64,000 bases of DNA, taken from assembly GCA_009391535.1 (NCBI GenBank), contig VFHP01000008.1, forward strand, positions 386 to 64,385, in the 5' to 3' direction. This document shows, one piece after another, positions 47,111 through 60,962 of the stretch; within the stretch, counting starts at the first letter, position 1, and each line of letters opens with the position of its first letter. The DNA is from SAR202 cluster bacterium. GTDB lineage: Bacteria > Chloroflexota > Dehalococcoidia > Lucifugimonadales > UBA2985. The notes below the pieces were generated by a model. The model was not told the DNA's origin. It worked only from the letters and a program-made list of their open reading frames with translations, and searched no databases. The translations under genes were made by a program, and so were the position numbers.

Positions 47111-48685
47111 GTGATGTATGAGTCGCGACAGACTTTATGTTTATACAACGGTAATATAATAACGATGGATCCAGTAGCTCCACAGGCTTCTTGGCTAACC
47201 GTTGACGGAAGATTTATTAGTAAAGTTGGAACAGGGATTCCACCGTTTGATAATTTACCTGGCGACACCCATTACATAGATTGTTTGGGTCGAACTGTTC
47301 TGCCGGGTTTCAACGATTCTCATACTCACATACTTTCCAGCGTGGCGCATGAAACAGCGGTGAATTGTAGCCCATCTTCAGTGAACTCTATAGAGGATAT
47401 AAAGACTAAATTGAGCGACTTTTCCAAGCTTCTACCCAAAGGGCATTGGATTAGGGCAGTAGGATACGATGAATTCCATCTTGAAGATTCGAGGCACCCC
47501 ACCCGCTGGGATTTAGATGATGCCATACCTGATTATCCAGTAAAATTGATTCATAGGTCTGGTCATGCGATGGTGTTGAACAGTTTAGCTATGAATATAG
47601 CTGGAATAACAGATAGTACTGTTGATCCTGTAGGTTCCGTTATAGAGAGGCAACATTTGACAGGCACTCCAACTGGATTACTTTTTGATATGAACGATTA
47701 TATTAGTAAAGTCACTCCTGCATTGTCTGAAGAAGATATATCCATAGGGCTAGGGCGTTACAACGAACTATGTTTATCATATGGACTGACTTCTTTAAAC
47801 GATGCCAGTATCAATAACGATTTAATGAAAATGGATTTACTCAAAGGATTCAAGGAAAACGGTACTCTAGTTCCTTCAATAAATTTTATGGTAGGGATTG
47901 ATCATCTGGAAGATTTTCTGAGAAAAGGTATTAAGTTTGGTGACGGATTGGACAGTTTTAGAATTGGTTCTGTTAAAATCGTATTAAGTTTGACTACCGG
48001 GGTTTTAGATCCAGGAAAAAAAGAATTGAGGAGTTTGATAGGATACGCTAATCGGAATGGATTTCAAGTTGCCATCCATGCTGTTGAAAACGAGTCGATT
48101 ATGGAGGCCGTATCTGCACTGGAAGATTCCGGAAGTGATGAGATTGTTAACGGGTTTCGGAACAGGATAGAACATTGTTCGGAATGTACACCGGATCTCA
48201 TGAATAGAATTATTAAGAATAACATTGGTGTTTCTACCCAACCTGGTTTCCTCTATTACAATGGTCAAAGATACTTAGCTGAAGTGGATGAACGGTATAA
48301 AGAGTTTTTATACCCGATAGGTTCTTTTATTGAAGCTGGTGTCACTTTAGCTTATGGATCGGACAGTCCAGTTATACCAATGAATCCGATGGTTGGTATA
48401 TCAACTGCTGTTAACCGATTTTCCAGATCAGGCGATCTAATGCAGCCTTGGGAGCGCGTTTCAGTATTAAATGCGATAAAATCTTATACAGTTGACAGTG
48501 CGTATTTGTCTTGGCAAGACAAGGTTAGGGGATCAATATCGGAGGGGAAAATTGCAGATATAATTCTAGTGGATAGCAATCCGTTAGGAATTCCACCAAA
48601 GGAAATAATCAATGTAAAAGTATTAATGACCGTGGTTGAAGGTGCAGTAGCATGGATTGACGGTGAAAGGTTCAATATTGTATAG
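47111..48685 (+). CDS. Amidohydrolase_3 family (YtcJ-like) metal-dependent hydrolase
   Basis: PGFNDSHTH, SGH....NS.A, IHAV, RIEH, GSDSP, G.I.EGK.AD. Confidence 0.9.
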   Translation: MMYESRQTLCLYNGNIITMDPVAPQASWLTVDGRFISKVGTGIPPFDNLPGDTHYIDCLGRTVLPGFNDSHTHILSSVAHETAVNCSPSSVNSIEDIKTKLSDFSKLLPKGHWIRAVGYDEFHLEDSRHPTRWDLDDAIPDYPVKLIHRSGHAMVLNSLAMNIAGITDSTVDPVGSVIERQHLTGTPTGLLFDMNDYISKVTPALSEEDISIGLGRYNELCLSYGLTSLNDASINNDLMKMDLLKGFKENGTLVPSINFMVGIDHLEDFLRKGIKFGDGLDSFRIGSVKIVLSLTTGVLDPGKKELRSLIGYANRNGFQVAIHAVENESIMEAVSALEDSGSDEIVNGFRNRIEHCSECTPDLMNRIIKNNIGVSTQPGFLYYNGQRYLAEVDERYKEFLYPIGSFIEAGVTLAYGSDSPVIPMNPMVGISTAVNRFSRSGDLMQPWERVSVLNAIKSYTVDSAYLSWQDKVRGSISEGKIADIILVDSNPLGIPPKEIINVKVLMTVVEGAVAWIDGERFNIV

Positions 48686-48696
48686 CTGAGCGGTTA

Positions 48697-49674
48697 CTAA
48701 TATTGCCGGTCCATAACATAGTCTGCCAGTTCAACTAAGCAGGTTTTGTATTTTGAATTCGGTAGCAACGATATCGCCAATTTTGCTTGCCCACAATGAT
48801 CCTTCGCTATTTCATAAGACTTGGCCATTATATCAGAATTCTGTATTGCACTAATAGCTTCAACTAAATTGGTTTCCATGTCTCTGTTTTTACAGAGTTT
48901 TTCGATGGGGTTATCTTTGGGATATTCTTCAATCAGCAGTATTGAAGGCAGAGTTATTGTTCCCTGCCTTAGATCATTTCCTACTGGCTTGCCAATCTGA
49001 TCTTGGCTGCCTTCAAAGTCAAGGATATCATCTACTATTTGGAATGCCATACCTAAATGGTATCCATAATTTTTCAACGATTGGATTATATTTTCCGGTG
49101 CACCACTAAGTATTGCACCGGACTCAGAAGATGTAGAGAATAATGAAGCTGTTTTGTAGTAGATTCTTTGGTTATACTCGGCTTTCGTCAGCTGCCAGTT
49201 AAATGAATTAGACATTTCAGACAATTCTCCGCTTGACAGGTCCATTATGGTTTCCGAAAAACGTTTTATAACTCTTACATTATTTGTTTCGCATACCATA
49301 GTAGCTGATGCAGCAAACACGTAGTCACCTAACAGAACAGCTATTTTATCTCCCCACTTGCTGCTAACAGTTTCCCTTCCTCTTCTGATGGAGCTTTCGT
49401 CTACAGTGTCGTCGTGAATCAGTGTAGCTATATGTAACAATTCGACCGCTCCTGCCATAGTTATAGGAAGGTCATGGTCATGGTTATGGAATTTAGAAGA
49501 CAGAATTGTAATAGCTGGTCTTGTAAGTTTGCCCGGTGTTTCCAGTACGTGTTGTAATAAGTCTGATAGTAACTGAGGGTCTTCTATCGACCGCTTTTCG
49601 GCGGTCAGGACTAATTTTGCCTCGACTGCCTTTAGTTCCTCTTGGACAAGTTCATGAATTGAAAATTTATTCAA
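48697..49674 (-). CDS. Polyprenyl diphosphate synthase
   Basis: GKLTRP, LIHDDTVD..RRG (FARM), KTA, FQIVDDILD (SARM). Confidence 0.95.
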   Translation of the reverse strand: MNKFSIHELVQEELKAVEAKLVLTAEKRSIEDPQLLSDLLQHVLETPGKLTRPAITILSSKFHNHDHDLPITMAGAVELLHIATLIHDDTVDESSIRRGRETVSSKWGDKIAVLLGDYVFAASATMVCETNNVRVIKRFSETIMDLSSGELSEMSNSFNWQLTKAEYNQRIYYKTASLFSTSSESGAILSGAPENIIQSLKNYGYHLGMAFQIVDDILDFEGSQDQIGKPVGNDLRQGTITLPSILLIEEYPKDNPIEKLCKNRDMETNLVEAISAIQNSDIMAKSYEIAKDHCGQAKLAISLLPNSKYKTCLVELADYVMDRQY

Positions 49675-49695
49675 ATTACTCCTATTGGTTCATTT

Positions 49696-51378
49696 TCATT
49701 GTGGCTCGATGCCAAGTTTACTGGATTCTTCTTCTGCCATTTCGTCTTCAAATTTAACGAACAGAGCTTCTGGGTTATTTAGTCGTTGCCCAGGAGGTAA
49801 GTTTATTTCAGAAGAATGCCAAGCCCATGTGTGCTTTTCAATTAAGTCGGAGAATCCTAACATTTCGTGGAGTTTTTGGGATGTGGATGGTAAGAAGGGA
49901 TATAGTGCCATTTTGAGACAGTTTATTGCTGAAAGCGCAACCCACATAGTAGTACCTGCGGTTTCGCGATCCGTTTTAATCGTTTTCCACGGGGCTGATG
50001 CCTCCAAAAACCTATTGGCCTCTTGGGCAATCGCCATTGCGTTAACTAACGCGTTTCTAAAATGACATTCTTCTAATTGTTGCGTTACTTCCGAGAATAA
50101 AGAATGCACTTTCTCCAGAAATTGCTTATCATTTGTTGTCAATGTTAGAGGCTGAGGGATTGATTGGCCAAAATTCCGGTATGTGAAAGTGAGTACCCTA
50201 TGCACTAAATTGCCGTACGTTGCAACGAGCTCATCGTTGTTACGACGAACAAAATCCTTCCAGGAGAAATCTGAATCGCCACTCTCTGGCATGTTGGCCG
50301 ATAGGTAATATCTCAATTGTTCCTTGTCATATTTTTCTAAGTATTCTGGTATCCACACTGCCCAATTACGGCTAGTGGAAAGCTGGTACCCTTCTAAGTT
50401 CAAAAATTCGTTAGCAGGTACGTCATATGGCAAATTTAATCCTCCAACACCCATTAACATGGCTGGCCATATTATGGTGTGAAACGGAATGTTGTCCTTG
50501 CCCAAAAAATTATATACTTTAGCATCTTTGTGCCAGAAGTCTTTCCATGCCTCCGGATCGTTAGTTGTACTAGCCCATTCTTTGCTAGCAGAGAGATACC
50601 CGATCACTGCCTCAAACCAAACATATATCTTTTTGTTTTCAAAACCCGTTACAGGTACGTCTATGCCCCAGTCTAAATCTCTAGTTATTGCTCTATCTAT
50701 CAATCCATCTTCGATATATCTCCGGGTGAAATTTAGTACGTTTGGTCGCCAATGTTTTTGTTTATTCACCCATTCTAAGAGGGGTTTTTGGAAAGCGCTC
50801 AGTTTGAAGAAAAAATGCTCAGAGTTTCTGATTTCAGGTTTGTCACCTGAAATACGGCATTTAATATCAATTAAATCTTCAGGATTCATTGGTTTGCCGC
50901 AGTTATCACATTGATCACCTCTAGCATCCAAATTACCGCAATTGGGACATGTGCCCCTCAAATATCTGTCGGGTATGGATCTTTTGCATGTGTGGCAATA
51001 AGGCAAAGGAACTGTGTTGGGGTATATGTAATTTTTGTCCAGCAGTGTGGTGAAAATGTCATGTACGGTTTGTCGGTGATTCTCAGTGCCAGTAGTAGTG
51101 AATAAATCGAACGAGATGCCCATTCTTTCCCAAGATGACAGGAATTCTTTATGGTATTTGGATACTACATCCTCAGGTGATACGTTTTCTTGCTCGGCTC
51201 TAATAGTGATAGGAGTGCCATGTTGGTCACTGCCTGAGACCATGAGCACTTGATTGCCATTCATGCGATGGAATCTAGCGAATATATCTGCACTCAGGTA
51301 GCAGCCTGCTATATGCCCCATATGTATAGATCCATTGGCATATGGCCAGGCTACACCTATTAATATACGTTGTGACAT
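49696..51378 (-). CDS. metG: Methionine-tRNA ligase (short form, no C-terminal tRNA-binding domain)
   Basis: WPYANGSIHMGH, GSDQHG, Zn knuckles, YVWFEA, GKDNIPFH, QLSTS (KMSKS equivalent). Confidence 0.97.
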   Translation of the reverse strand: MSQRILIGVAWPYANGSIHMGHIAGCYLSADIFARFHRMNGNQVLMVSGSDQHGTPITIRAEQENVSPEDVVSKYHKEFLSSWERMGISFDLFTTTGTENHRQTVHDIFTTLLDKNYIYPNTVPLPYCHTCKRSIPDRYLRGTCPNCGNLDARGDQCDNCGKPMNPEDLIDIKCRISGDKPEIRNSEHFFFKLSAFQKPLLEWVNKQKHWRPNVLNFTRRYIEDGLIDRAITRDLDWGIDVPVTGFENKKIYVWFEAVIGYLSASKEWASTTNDPEAWKDFWHKDAKVYNFLGKDNIPFHTIIWPAMLMGVGGLNLPYDVPANEFLNLEGYQLSTSRNWAVWIPEYLEKYDKEQLRYYLSANMPESGDSDFSWKDFVRRNNDELVATYGNLVHRVLTFTYRNFGQSIPQPLTLTTNDKQFLEKVHSLFSEVTQQLEECHFRNALVNAMAIAQEANRFLEASAPWKTIKTDRETAGTTMWVALSAINCLKMALYPFLPSTSQKLHEMLGFSDLIEKHTWAWHSSEINLPPGQRLNNPEALFVKFEDEMAEEESSKLGIEPQ

Positions 51379-51451
51379 TAGTAATCTACTGTTATGGAAT
51401 TTAGTGACATTTTATCATAGGAATTGTTCTATAAGTGGCGGTGTAACTTAT

Positions 51452-52564
51452 TTAACTGCAGATATCCTTTATAGTGTCTTGCACGACTCGGTCGTCAACC
51501 GTTGATGATACAAATGAATGTCCTATTTCTCTTAGTAGTATCCAGTTAATCTTTTTGTCTTTGACTTTTTTATCCATTTGGATTGCGTTTAGGACACTAT
51601 CTGGATCAATGCTCGGGCATGATGTGGGTAATCCATAATTTGTGAGCACATTGGTGTATCTATCCAAATCTTTATTACTTAACAATCCCATTGATACGCT
51701 TATTTTACCGGCTGCTATCATCCCAACTGACACCGCTTCTCCATGAAGAAAAGATGAGTAATTTGTTACAGATTCTAGAGCGTGTCCTATTGTATGGCCA
51801 TAGTTCAACAGCATTCTAAGACCAGTAGTTTCTTTTTCATCTTGCTCGACTATTTTACCTTTTATCTCCATACTTCTTTGTACAATAGATCTAGTTAAAT
51901 CTGGTTCTAGGTTAATCAACCCATTATGGTTTTCTTCGAACATGTAGAAAAGGTTAGAATCAAGTATCAATCCATGTTTTATAGCTTCTGCCCAGCCTGA
52001 CGCGAGTTCCCTTGTGGGTAAAGTTCTCAAAGTGTTTAGATCCGCTAGAACTAATTTGGGTTGATAAAATGCTCCCACCAAATTCTTGCCTGAAGAGAGA
52101 TTTACTGCAGTTTTACCGCCGATGGATGCGTCTACCATAGCAGAAAGTGAAGTAGGTATTTGGATGAAAGGGATCCCTCTCAAGAACGTAGCCGCTACAA
52201 AACCTGTTAAATCCCCGATCATTCCACCGCCCAGTGCCATTAGGGTGCTTTTTCTTTCACATCGTTCGCTAGCCAACCATTCGTACAGTTGGTTCGCGGT
52301 GGATAAGCTTTTTGTTGCCTCCCCAGCGTCAACTGTGAATACTTTAGATTCTAAATCACCTCTGTTCAGGGAAGTTACAACTTGTTCCCCATGTGAAGAC
52401 CAGACGTTGGAATCGGAAATTATGTAGACTGTACCGTCTACTCCTTGAGTTTTGAGAATGTTACCCAATTCATCCAACAGTCCATTTTCAGCATAGACTA
52501 AGTATTGTGACGAGGGAGCGTCGACAGAAAAAGCGGGCTTGATTGATGGTTTATTTGTGTCCAT
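51452..52564 (-). CDS. aroB: 3-dehydroquinate synthase
   Basis: GEATKS, GGGMIGD, VDASIGGKT, KNLVGAFYQP, LNYGHTIGHA, HGEAV. Confidence 0.97.
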   Translation of the reverse strand: MDTNKPSIKPAFSVDAPSSQYLVYAENGLLDELGNILKTQGVDGTVYIISDSNVWSSHGEQVVTSLNRGDLESKVFTVDAGEATKSLSTANQLYEWLASERCERKSTLMALGGGMIGDLTGFVAATFLRGIPFIQIPTSLSAMVDASIGGKTAVNLSSGKNLVGAFYQPKLVLADLNTLRTLPTRELASGWAEAIKHGLILDSNLFYMFEENHNGLINLEPDLTRSIVQRSMEIKGKIVEQDEKETTGLRMLLNYGHTIGHALESVTNYSSFLHGEAVSVGMIAAGKISVSMGLLSNKDLDRYTNVLTNYGLPTSCPSIDPDSVLNAIQMDKKVKDKKINWILLREIGHSFVSSTVDDRVVQDTIKDICS

Positions 52565-52565
52565 T

Positions 52566-53108
52566 TCATCTTTCCCTAGTTATTCGGTTCCAGTATTTGA
52601 TTGCCTGCAAAGCTACTTGTTTGGTGCTCATCTTTTCAGTATCTATCTTAAAGTCTGCTAAATCGTAGTAGTGTTCGCGTTGTCTTTTTAAGTTCCGGAT
52701 AGTGGTTATAGGTTCAGTGCCTGTAAGTAAAGGGCGAACCTCTTGATTCTTGAAGCCTTCCTTTTGTTTTAGCAACCTTTTGTGTATTGTTTCTGGTTTT
52801 GCATCAAGGCACACTATTACCCCGGAATTTTTCATTCTGAAGTAATTTCTTTCGTCTATGATTGTACCTCCACCAGTAGATATGACGATACCACTTTCCG
52901 AACATGCCATATCTACTTCTTGAGATTCCAAAGTTCGAAAATATTGTTCTCCACTAGAGTCAAATATTTCGGATATCGTTTTTCCCGTCTTCAGGACTAT
53001 AGACTGGTCTATATCTATGAATTTAACGGATTGCATTTTGGCTACAATTTTTCCAACTCTGGATTTACCTGTTCCAGAAAACCCAGTAAAAATCAAATTT
53101 TCTTGCAT
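52566..53108 (-). CDS. aroK: Shikimate kinase
   Basis: GFSGTGKS P-loop, GEQYFR..E, STGGG, RPLL. Confidence 0.96.
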   Translation of the reverse strand: MQENLIFTGFSGTGKSRVGKIVAKMQSVKFIDIDQSIVLKTGKTISEIFDSSGEQYFRTLESQEVDMACSESGIVISTGGGTIIDERNYFRMKNSGVIVCLDAKPETIHKRLLKQKEGFKNQEVRPLLTGTEPITTIRNLKRQREHYYDLADFKIDTEKMSTKQVALQAIKYWNRITRER

Positions 53109-53190
53109 AGTCTTATAAATCTCTTAGGGTGGCAATTATATGAATGTCCAAAGATTTTAACCTAAAAACGTGTTTGATAGAAGAGTAGAC

Positions 53191-53226
53191 AAAACAAGGC
53201 CTCGAGAAAACTCAGGAGGCCTTTTT
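53191..53226 (-). terminator. Terminator after 23S-tRNA-fMet
   Basis: AAGGCCTC...GAGGCCTT inverted repeat with T-rich flanks on both strands. Confidence 0.6.
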
Positions 53227-53233
53227 GTTGTTT

Positions 53234-53308
53234 TGGTAGCGGGGGTTGGATTTGAACCAACGACCTTCGGGTTATGAGCCCGACGAGCTGCCACTGCTCC
53301 ACCCCGCG
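53234..53308 (-). tRNA. Initiator tRNA-fMet(CAT)
   Basis: CGCGGGG 5' end with C1:A72 mismatch, three G-C pairs in the anticodon stem, CT-CAT-AA, CCA end. Confidence 0.96.
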
Positions 53309-53405
53309 GAATAAGCGATAGTCTGGAATCGCTACGAACGACTGTTGGCTCGAATAAGAAATTCCAACTTTGTAATATGAATAGAGGTTTATGCTCCTGA
53401 ATGCA

Positions 53406-56417
<3,012 letters not shown>

Positions 56418-56448
56418 TACATTCAGGACCATAAACCTCTATTCAATT

Positions 56449-56487
56449 TTTAAAGAGCAAAAAGGCGCCTGGTTGCTGCCAGACGCC
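56449..56487 (-). promoter_or_regulatory. rrn antitermination boxB-like hairpin and boxA
   Basis: GGCGTCTGG...CCAGGCGCC hairpin followed by TGCTCTTTAAA (boxA consensus TGCTCTTTAACA). Confidence 0.7.
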
Positions 56488-56568
56488 GTGGAATTAGCAC
56501 CAGTTTAAACTTATTTCTTCTGTCAGATGTTCAGATTGATTATCCTAAAAAAAGACAGACTGCAAGTT

Positions 56569-56597
56569 AGTATACGTGAAGTAGATATCTCAGTCAA
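56569..56597 (-). promoter_or_regulatory. Promoter of the solitary 23S rRNA gene
   Basis: TTGACT-N17-TATACT about 150 nt upstream of the 23S 5' end. Confidence 0.75.
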
Positions 56598-56744
56598 GTG
56601 TGTTGTCCATAACCTATCACATTTTTTCAATAATTAAATCACGTATGTTCAAACCACATATGTTCAATTAGGAGGCTCAACAGGGGGCAGTATTGTTATT
56701 ATTTAAGTATAATGATATACTCAATCACAATATATGTTGGGATG

Positions 56745-56770
56745 AAAGTGGGCAGCGACCCACTTTTTTT
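56745..56770 (+). promoter_or_regulatory. rimP/nusA leader attenuator hairpin
   Basis: AAAGTGGG-cagcga-CCCACTTT followed by T run, the typical rimP-nusA leader; TATAAT at about 56708 upstream. Confidence 0.7.
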
Positions 56771-56836
56771 CTATCCATAAAAATTTTGGTTTTAATCTCG
56801 AGTTGTAAGTCGAGACAAAAAAGGAGCGAGGAGAAA

Positions 56837-58420
56837 ATGAAAAGCGATTTTCTCATAGCTGTAACTCAATTGGCTGCTGAGCGTCACTTGCCTAGAGAAG
56901 CCGTGGTATCTGCCATAGAGGCAGCTTTGGCTTCTGCGTATAAAAAAGATAGTGTATTGGCTGGTCAAGAAATATCTGTGACTTTGGACCCGGCCAACGG
57001 CGAATTGAAGCTTTTTAGTCATAAAATTGCTGTTGAAACTGTGTTAGACCCCCAGAGAGAAATTAGCCTTGTAGAGGCGAAGAAGATAGAAAAAGGCAGT
57101 GCCGTGGGAGACGTGGTATTAGTAGAAGGTGATATACAGACTACCGGCAGGATCGCTGCGCAGGCAGCTAAGCAGGTTGTGCTTCAAAGACTTAGAGAGG
57201 CCGAGAGGGACTTAGTTTTCGAAGAATACTCCGGAAAAGAGGGAGATATACTAACGGGAACAGTACAGAGAGTAGATTCTAGAAATGTAACTGTGGATTT
57301 AGGAAGAACTGAAGGTATATTACCGTTATCAGAACAAGTTTTCACAGAAAGATATCGTCCGGGTCAAAAACTAAAGCTTCATGTTTCAGAGGTGAGGCGT
57401 AGTGTTAGAGGCCCAGAAGTTGTTGTTTCCAGAAATAGCAAAGAGCTTTTAAGGCGTCTCTTTGAAATGGAAGTTCCAGAGATATTCAACGGTGTAGTGG
57501 AGATAAAGGCCGTTGCAAGGGAAGCCGGATCCAGAAGTAAGGTTGCTGTTTACTCTAGGCAAGAAGGAGTAGATCCTGTTGGATCTTGCGTGGGATTAAG
57601 AGGTGTCCGTATTCAGAATGTTGTGAACGAATTGCAGGGTGAGAAAATAGATGTTGTACAGTGGCACCCTGACCCCAAGGTTTTCTTGGCTAATTCCTTG
57701 AGTCCTTGTCCTGTTTCTAGAGTTGATATAGGAGATGATGCAAGCGACGCAGTGATAGTTGTGCCAGATCAGCAATTGTCTTTGGCTATTGGTAAAGAAG
57801 GGCAAAACGCGAGACTGTGTGCAAAACTGTCGGGTTTAATGGTAAACATAAAGAGCCTGACTGAAGTAGGTGAAGAAAGATTATCAAAGCCAGAACCAAC
57901 ACTGGTATCTGATGTTGAATCCCCGGAAGTGATGGAATCAAGTGTACCTGCGGAGGATGTGATAGGATCTGAAGCAGAGGCCTTGGGTACGTTGTCCGAT
58001 ACGATCGACACAAATAATGTTCAGGATGTAGACAAGTTTGAGGAGCAGATAGATATTGATGAACTTTCAACCGATGGCCTTTCCATAGAAGAACAACTAG
58101 CGGAAGTCTTAGTTGACAACGGATCTTCTGAAGAAGTTGTTGATTCAGCAGAAGCACCTGAACTTACTGAAATATCTGAGACTGTATGGGATATACCGAA
58201 GGTACCAGAACAGCCTCAAACAATCAGATTCGCGGAAGATATAATGGGATCTAAAGGAGATAACAACCCTCGTCGAAAGGGTAGGGCGGGGAAAACGGCG
58301 GGAACTAGTAGGGCAGGAGAAGAAAGAGGTTCCAGGGGCACAAAAAGGTCTAGGCGGAATGATTTTTCTATGGACGAAGGCGACGACTTAATGGACGATG
58401 ATTTAGGGGATCTAGTATAG
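56837..58420 (+). CDS. nusA: Transcription termination/antitermination factor NusA with long acidic C-terminal extension
   Basis: GRIAAQAAKQV, S1 and KH domains, REAGSRSKVAV, DPVGSCVG, LSLAIGKEGQN; GAGGAG RBS before MKSDF. Confidence 0.97.
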   Translation: MKSDFLIAVTQLAAERHLPREAVVSAIEAALASAYKKDSVLAGQEISVTLDPANGELKLFSHKIAVETVLDPQREISLVEAKKIEKGSAVGDVVLVEGDIQTTGRIAAQAAKQVVLQRLREAERDLVFEEYSGKEGDILTGTVQRVDSRNVTVDLGRTEGILPLSEQVFTERYRPGQKLKLHVSEVRRSVRGPEVVVSRNSKELLRRLFEMEVPEIFNGVVEIKAVAREAGSRSKVAVYSRQEGVDPVGSCVGLRGVRIQNVVNELQGEKIDVVQWHPDPKVFLANSLSPCPVSRVDIGDDASDAVIVVPDQQLSLAIGKEGQNARLCAKLSGLMVNIKSLTEVGEERLSKPEPTLVSDVESPEVMESSVPAEDVIGSEAEALGTLSDTIDTNNVQDVDKFEEQIDIDELSTDGLSIEEQLAEVLVDNGSSEEVVDSAEAPELTEISETVWDIPKVPEQPQTIRFAEDIMGSKGDNNPRRKGRAGKTAGTSRAGEERGSRGTKRSRRNDFSMDEGDDLMDDDLGDLV

Positions 58421-58429
58421 GGGTTACAT

Positions 58430-58726
58430 ATGAATCCAAGTCTGGCGCCTACTAGGAGTTGTGCAGGGTGCAACCTTAGGGCGCTTAAGCATAGCCTGAT
58501 ACGTATAGTACGGACAAAGTCCGGGGAAGTAACCTTGGATTTGGATCACAAAAAGTTTGGTCGAGGGGCTTACGTTTGTGGTATCGAGTGTTTTCAAATA
58601 GCGTTCAAGAAAAATAAGTTTGACTACAAATTACGAGGACAAGTTAGCCGAGAGGATCTAAATTCGATAGGACAGATACTCGAATCCAATCGACATATTG
58701 CACACTCCACCGTTTTGGGTGATTGA
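58430..58726 (+). CDS. ylxR: YlxR/RnpM family RNA-binding protein
   Basis: PTRSCAGC, LIRIVR, GRGAYVC...C; conserved position between nusA and infB. Confidence 0.9.
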   Translation: MNPSLAPTRSCAGCNLRALKHSLIRIVRTKSGEVTLDLDHKKFGRGAYVCGIECFQIAFKKNKFDYKLRGQVSREDLNSIGQILESNRHIAHSTVLGD

Positions 58727-58732
58727 GATATT

Positions 58733-60556
58733 ATGCAGAAACAAATTCGCTCAAGCAATAATAAGTTAAGAGAAACCCCGGAAAGTGCTTCTGGTTCATC
58801 AGAGTTGAACTTGAGGGAGATACTTGTACCTAAGAACATAACGGTCAAGCAATTGGCGTATGAAATGGATAGTGATCCAGTTGATGTCATTAAGGAACTA
58901 ATTAGAAACGGTATAATGGCCAATATTAATCAGACCATAGATTATAGTACGGTTTCATTAATTGCAGAGAACTTGGGATTTGTGGTTACTTTGGAAAACG
59001 CAAACCCGACACTGGAAGAAGATAATTTAGGGGTAGTGAAGGCAGAGGATGATCCGGAAAAACAGGTGTCACGCCCACCTATAGTGACAATTATGGGTCA
59101 TGTTGATCATGGTAAAACGACTTTATTAGATTCTATACGGCAATCTAATCTAACTGGATCGGAGGTAGGAGGCATTACTCAACGGATAGGAGCATATCAA
59201 GTTGAATACGAAGGGAAACCAATAACTTTCTTAGATACTCCTGGCCACGAAGCATTTACTGCTATGCGTTCCAGAGGAGCAAGAATCACAGATATAGCTG
59301 TTTTGGTAGTGGCGGCAGATGACGGAGTAATGCCTCAGACATTGGAGGCTATTAATCATGCTAAAGCTGCAGATGTTCCCATCATAGTTGCGATTAATAA
59401 GATAGACGTTCCAGATGCAAATCCGGATCACGTAAAAACGCAACTTGTAGAAAGAGGGCTAGTCATTGAAGAATGGGGTGGAGAAGTTATAGCCGTGCCA
59501 GTATCCGCTATCACCAGGGATGGTATACCAGAGTTATTAGAAAACATCTTACTTGTAGCCGAAATATCAGAGTTGAAAGCAGACCCTGACAGATTAGCTG
59601 TGGGGACTATAGTTGAAGCTCAAGTAGATAAGAGTAAAGGTACACTGGCTACTGTCTTGATACAAACAGGAACACTAACACTCGGCCAATCCGTTGTTGT
59701 TGGCAACTCGTCCGGGAGAGTCAAGGCACTTTTAGGAGACTCAGGAGTTAAGCTGGAATCGGCCGGGCCATCTACGCCGGCTGAGATCTTGGGCTTGGAT
59801 ACCGTTCCTGATGCTGGAGACATACTAATAGTTGTAGATAACGATAAAACTGCCAAAGATATTGTTAAGAAGAGGCAAAAATACAATGATTCTCAAACTT
59901 CATTTAACACTACTTTGGAAGAGGCAAGTTTGAAGTTGACTACTGGGGAGTTAACTGAGATCAATCTTGTGGTCAAAACAGACATGCAAGGCAGCGTGGA
60001 TGCTGTAAGGGAAACCTTGAATAAACTTACGGCAGAAGACAGGAGAGTTAATATTATCCACGCAGGGGTTGGGACAATAAATGAAAGTGATGTATTGCTG
60101 GCAGAGACGTCACAGGCAGTGATAATAGGTTTCAATACAAGAATTGAACCTGGTGCTAGGAGGTCTGCTACGGCGAAGAAATTGGATATCAGGCTATATG
60201 ACATAATATACAGATTGTCCGAAGACATCCAAAGCGCGCTTGAAGGTTTGCTCACTCCGGATGTTTTGGAGATAACCGAGGGTCATTGTGAAGTAAGGGC
60301 AGTATTTTCTGTGGGAAGAAACAACAAAATAGCAGGATCTTATGTCACAGATGGTCGCATATCCAGAAACTCAAAAGCTAGGATCACCAGACAGGGAGAA
60401 TTATTGTACGAAGGATTAGTGTCCAGCCTTAAACACTTCAAAGATGACGTTCGAGAAATGAATACTGGTTTCGAATGTGGAATAGGAATAGAAGGATTCA
60501 GTGATTTTGAAGTAGGGGATATTATCGAGTCTGTTCGGGTAGAAAACGCTAGTTAG
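58733..60556 (+). CDS. infB: Translation initiation factor IF-2
   Basis: [34 protein letters not shown]. Confidence 0.98.
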   Translation: MQKQIRSSNNKLRETPESASGSSELNLREILVPKNITVKQLAYEMDSDPVDVIKELIRNGIMANINQTIDYSTVSLIAENLGFVVTLENANPTLEEDNLGVVKAEDDPEKQVSRPPIVTIMGHVDHGKTTLLDSIRQSNLTGSEVGGITQRIGAYQVEYEGKPITFLDTPGHEAFTAMRSRGARITDIAVLVVAADDGVMPQTLEAINHAKAADVPIIVAINKIDVPDANPDHVKTQLVERGLVIEEWGGEVIAVPVSAITRDGIPELLENILLVAEISELKADPDRLAVGTIVEAQVDKSKGTLATVLIQTGTLTLGQSVVVGNSSGRVKALLGDSGVKLESAGPSTPAEILGLDTVPDAGDILIVVDNDKTAKDIVKKRQKYNDSQTSFNTTLEEASLKLTTGELTEINLVVKTDMQGSVDAVRETLNKLTAEDRRVNIIHAGVGTINESDVLLAETSQAVIIGFNTRIEPGARRSATAKKLDIRLYDIIYRLSEDIQSALEGLLTPDVLEITEGHCEVRAVFSVGRNNKIAGSYVTDGRISRNSKARITRQGELLYEGLVSSLKHFKDDVREMNTGFECGIGIEGFSDFEVGDIIESVRVENAS

Positions 60557-60584
60557 CCCATCATCCGAAAACATTGGTGATCAA

Positions 60585-60962
60585 ATGCAAGCTTCTAGAA
60601 GAACCGAACGTATCAACGTGATCTTGAGGCGTTACATCAGTGAGATAATATCTCGTGATATGAAGGATCCCAGGTTGGCCTCTTTGATTACAATAATTGG
60701 TGTAACTGTATCTAAGGACATTCGGCACGCCAGAATTTTCACGAGCGTTATGGGTGATAGTGCTGAATCTGCGCAAACGATAGAAACGTTAAACTCAGCT
60801 TCGGGCTTCATCAGACAGAATCTGATGCCGAGATTAAGCACAAAAAACGTTCCACACCTTAAATTTGTGTTGGATGATTCCATACAAAGAGGTAATAACC
60901 TCCTTGGGAAAATAGACACAGTGATTAATAATGATAGTCAGTCAGAGGGATCTTACAAATGA
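60585..60962 (+). CDS. rbfA: 30S ribosome-binding factor A
   Basis: KDPRL, VSKD...A.I, ASGFIR, P.LKF..DDSI. Confidence 0.95.
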   Translation: MQASRRTERINVILRRYISEIISRDMKDPRLASLITIIGVTVSKDIRHARIFTSVMGDSAESAQTIETLNSASGFIRQNLMPRLSTKNVPHLKFVLDDSIQRGNNLLGKIDTVINNDSQSEGSYK

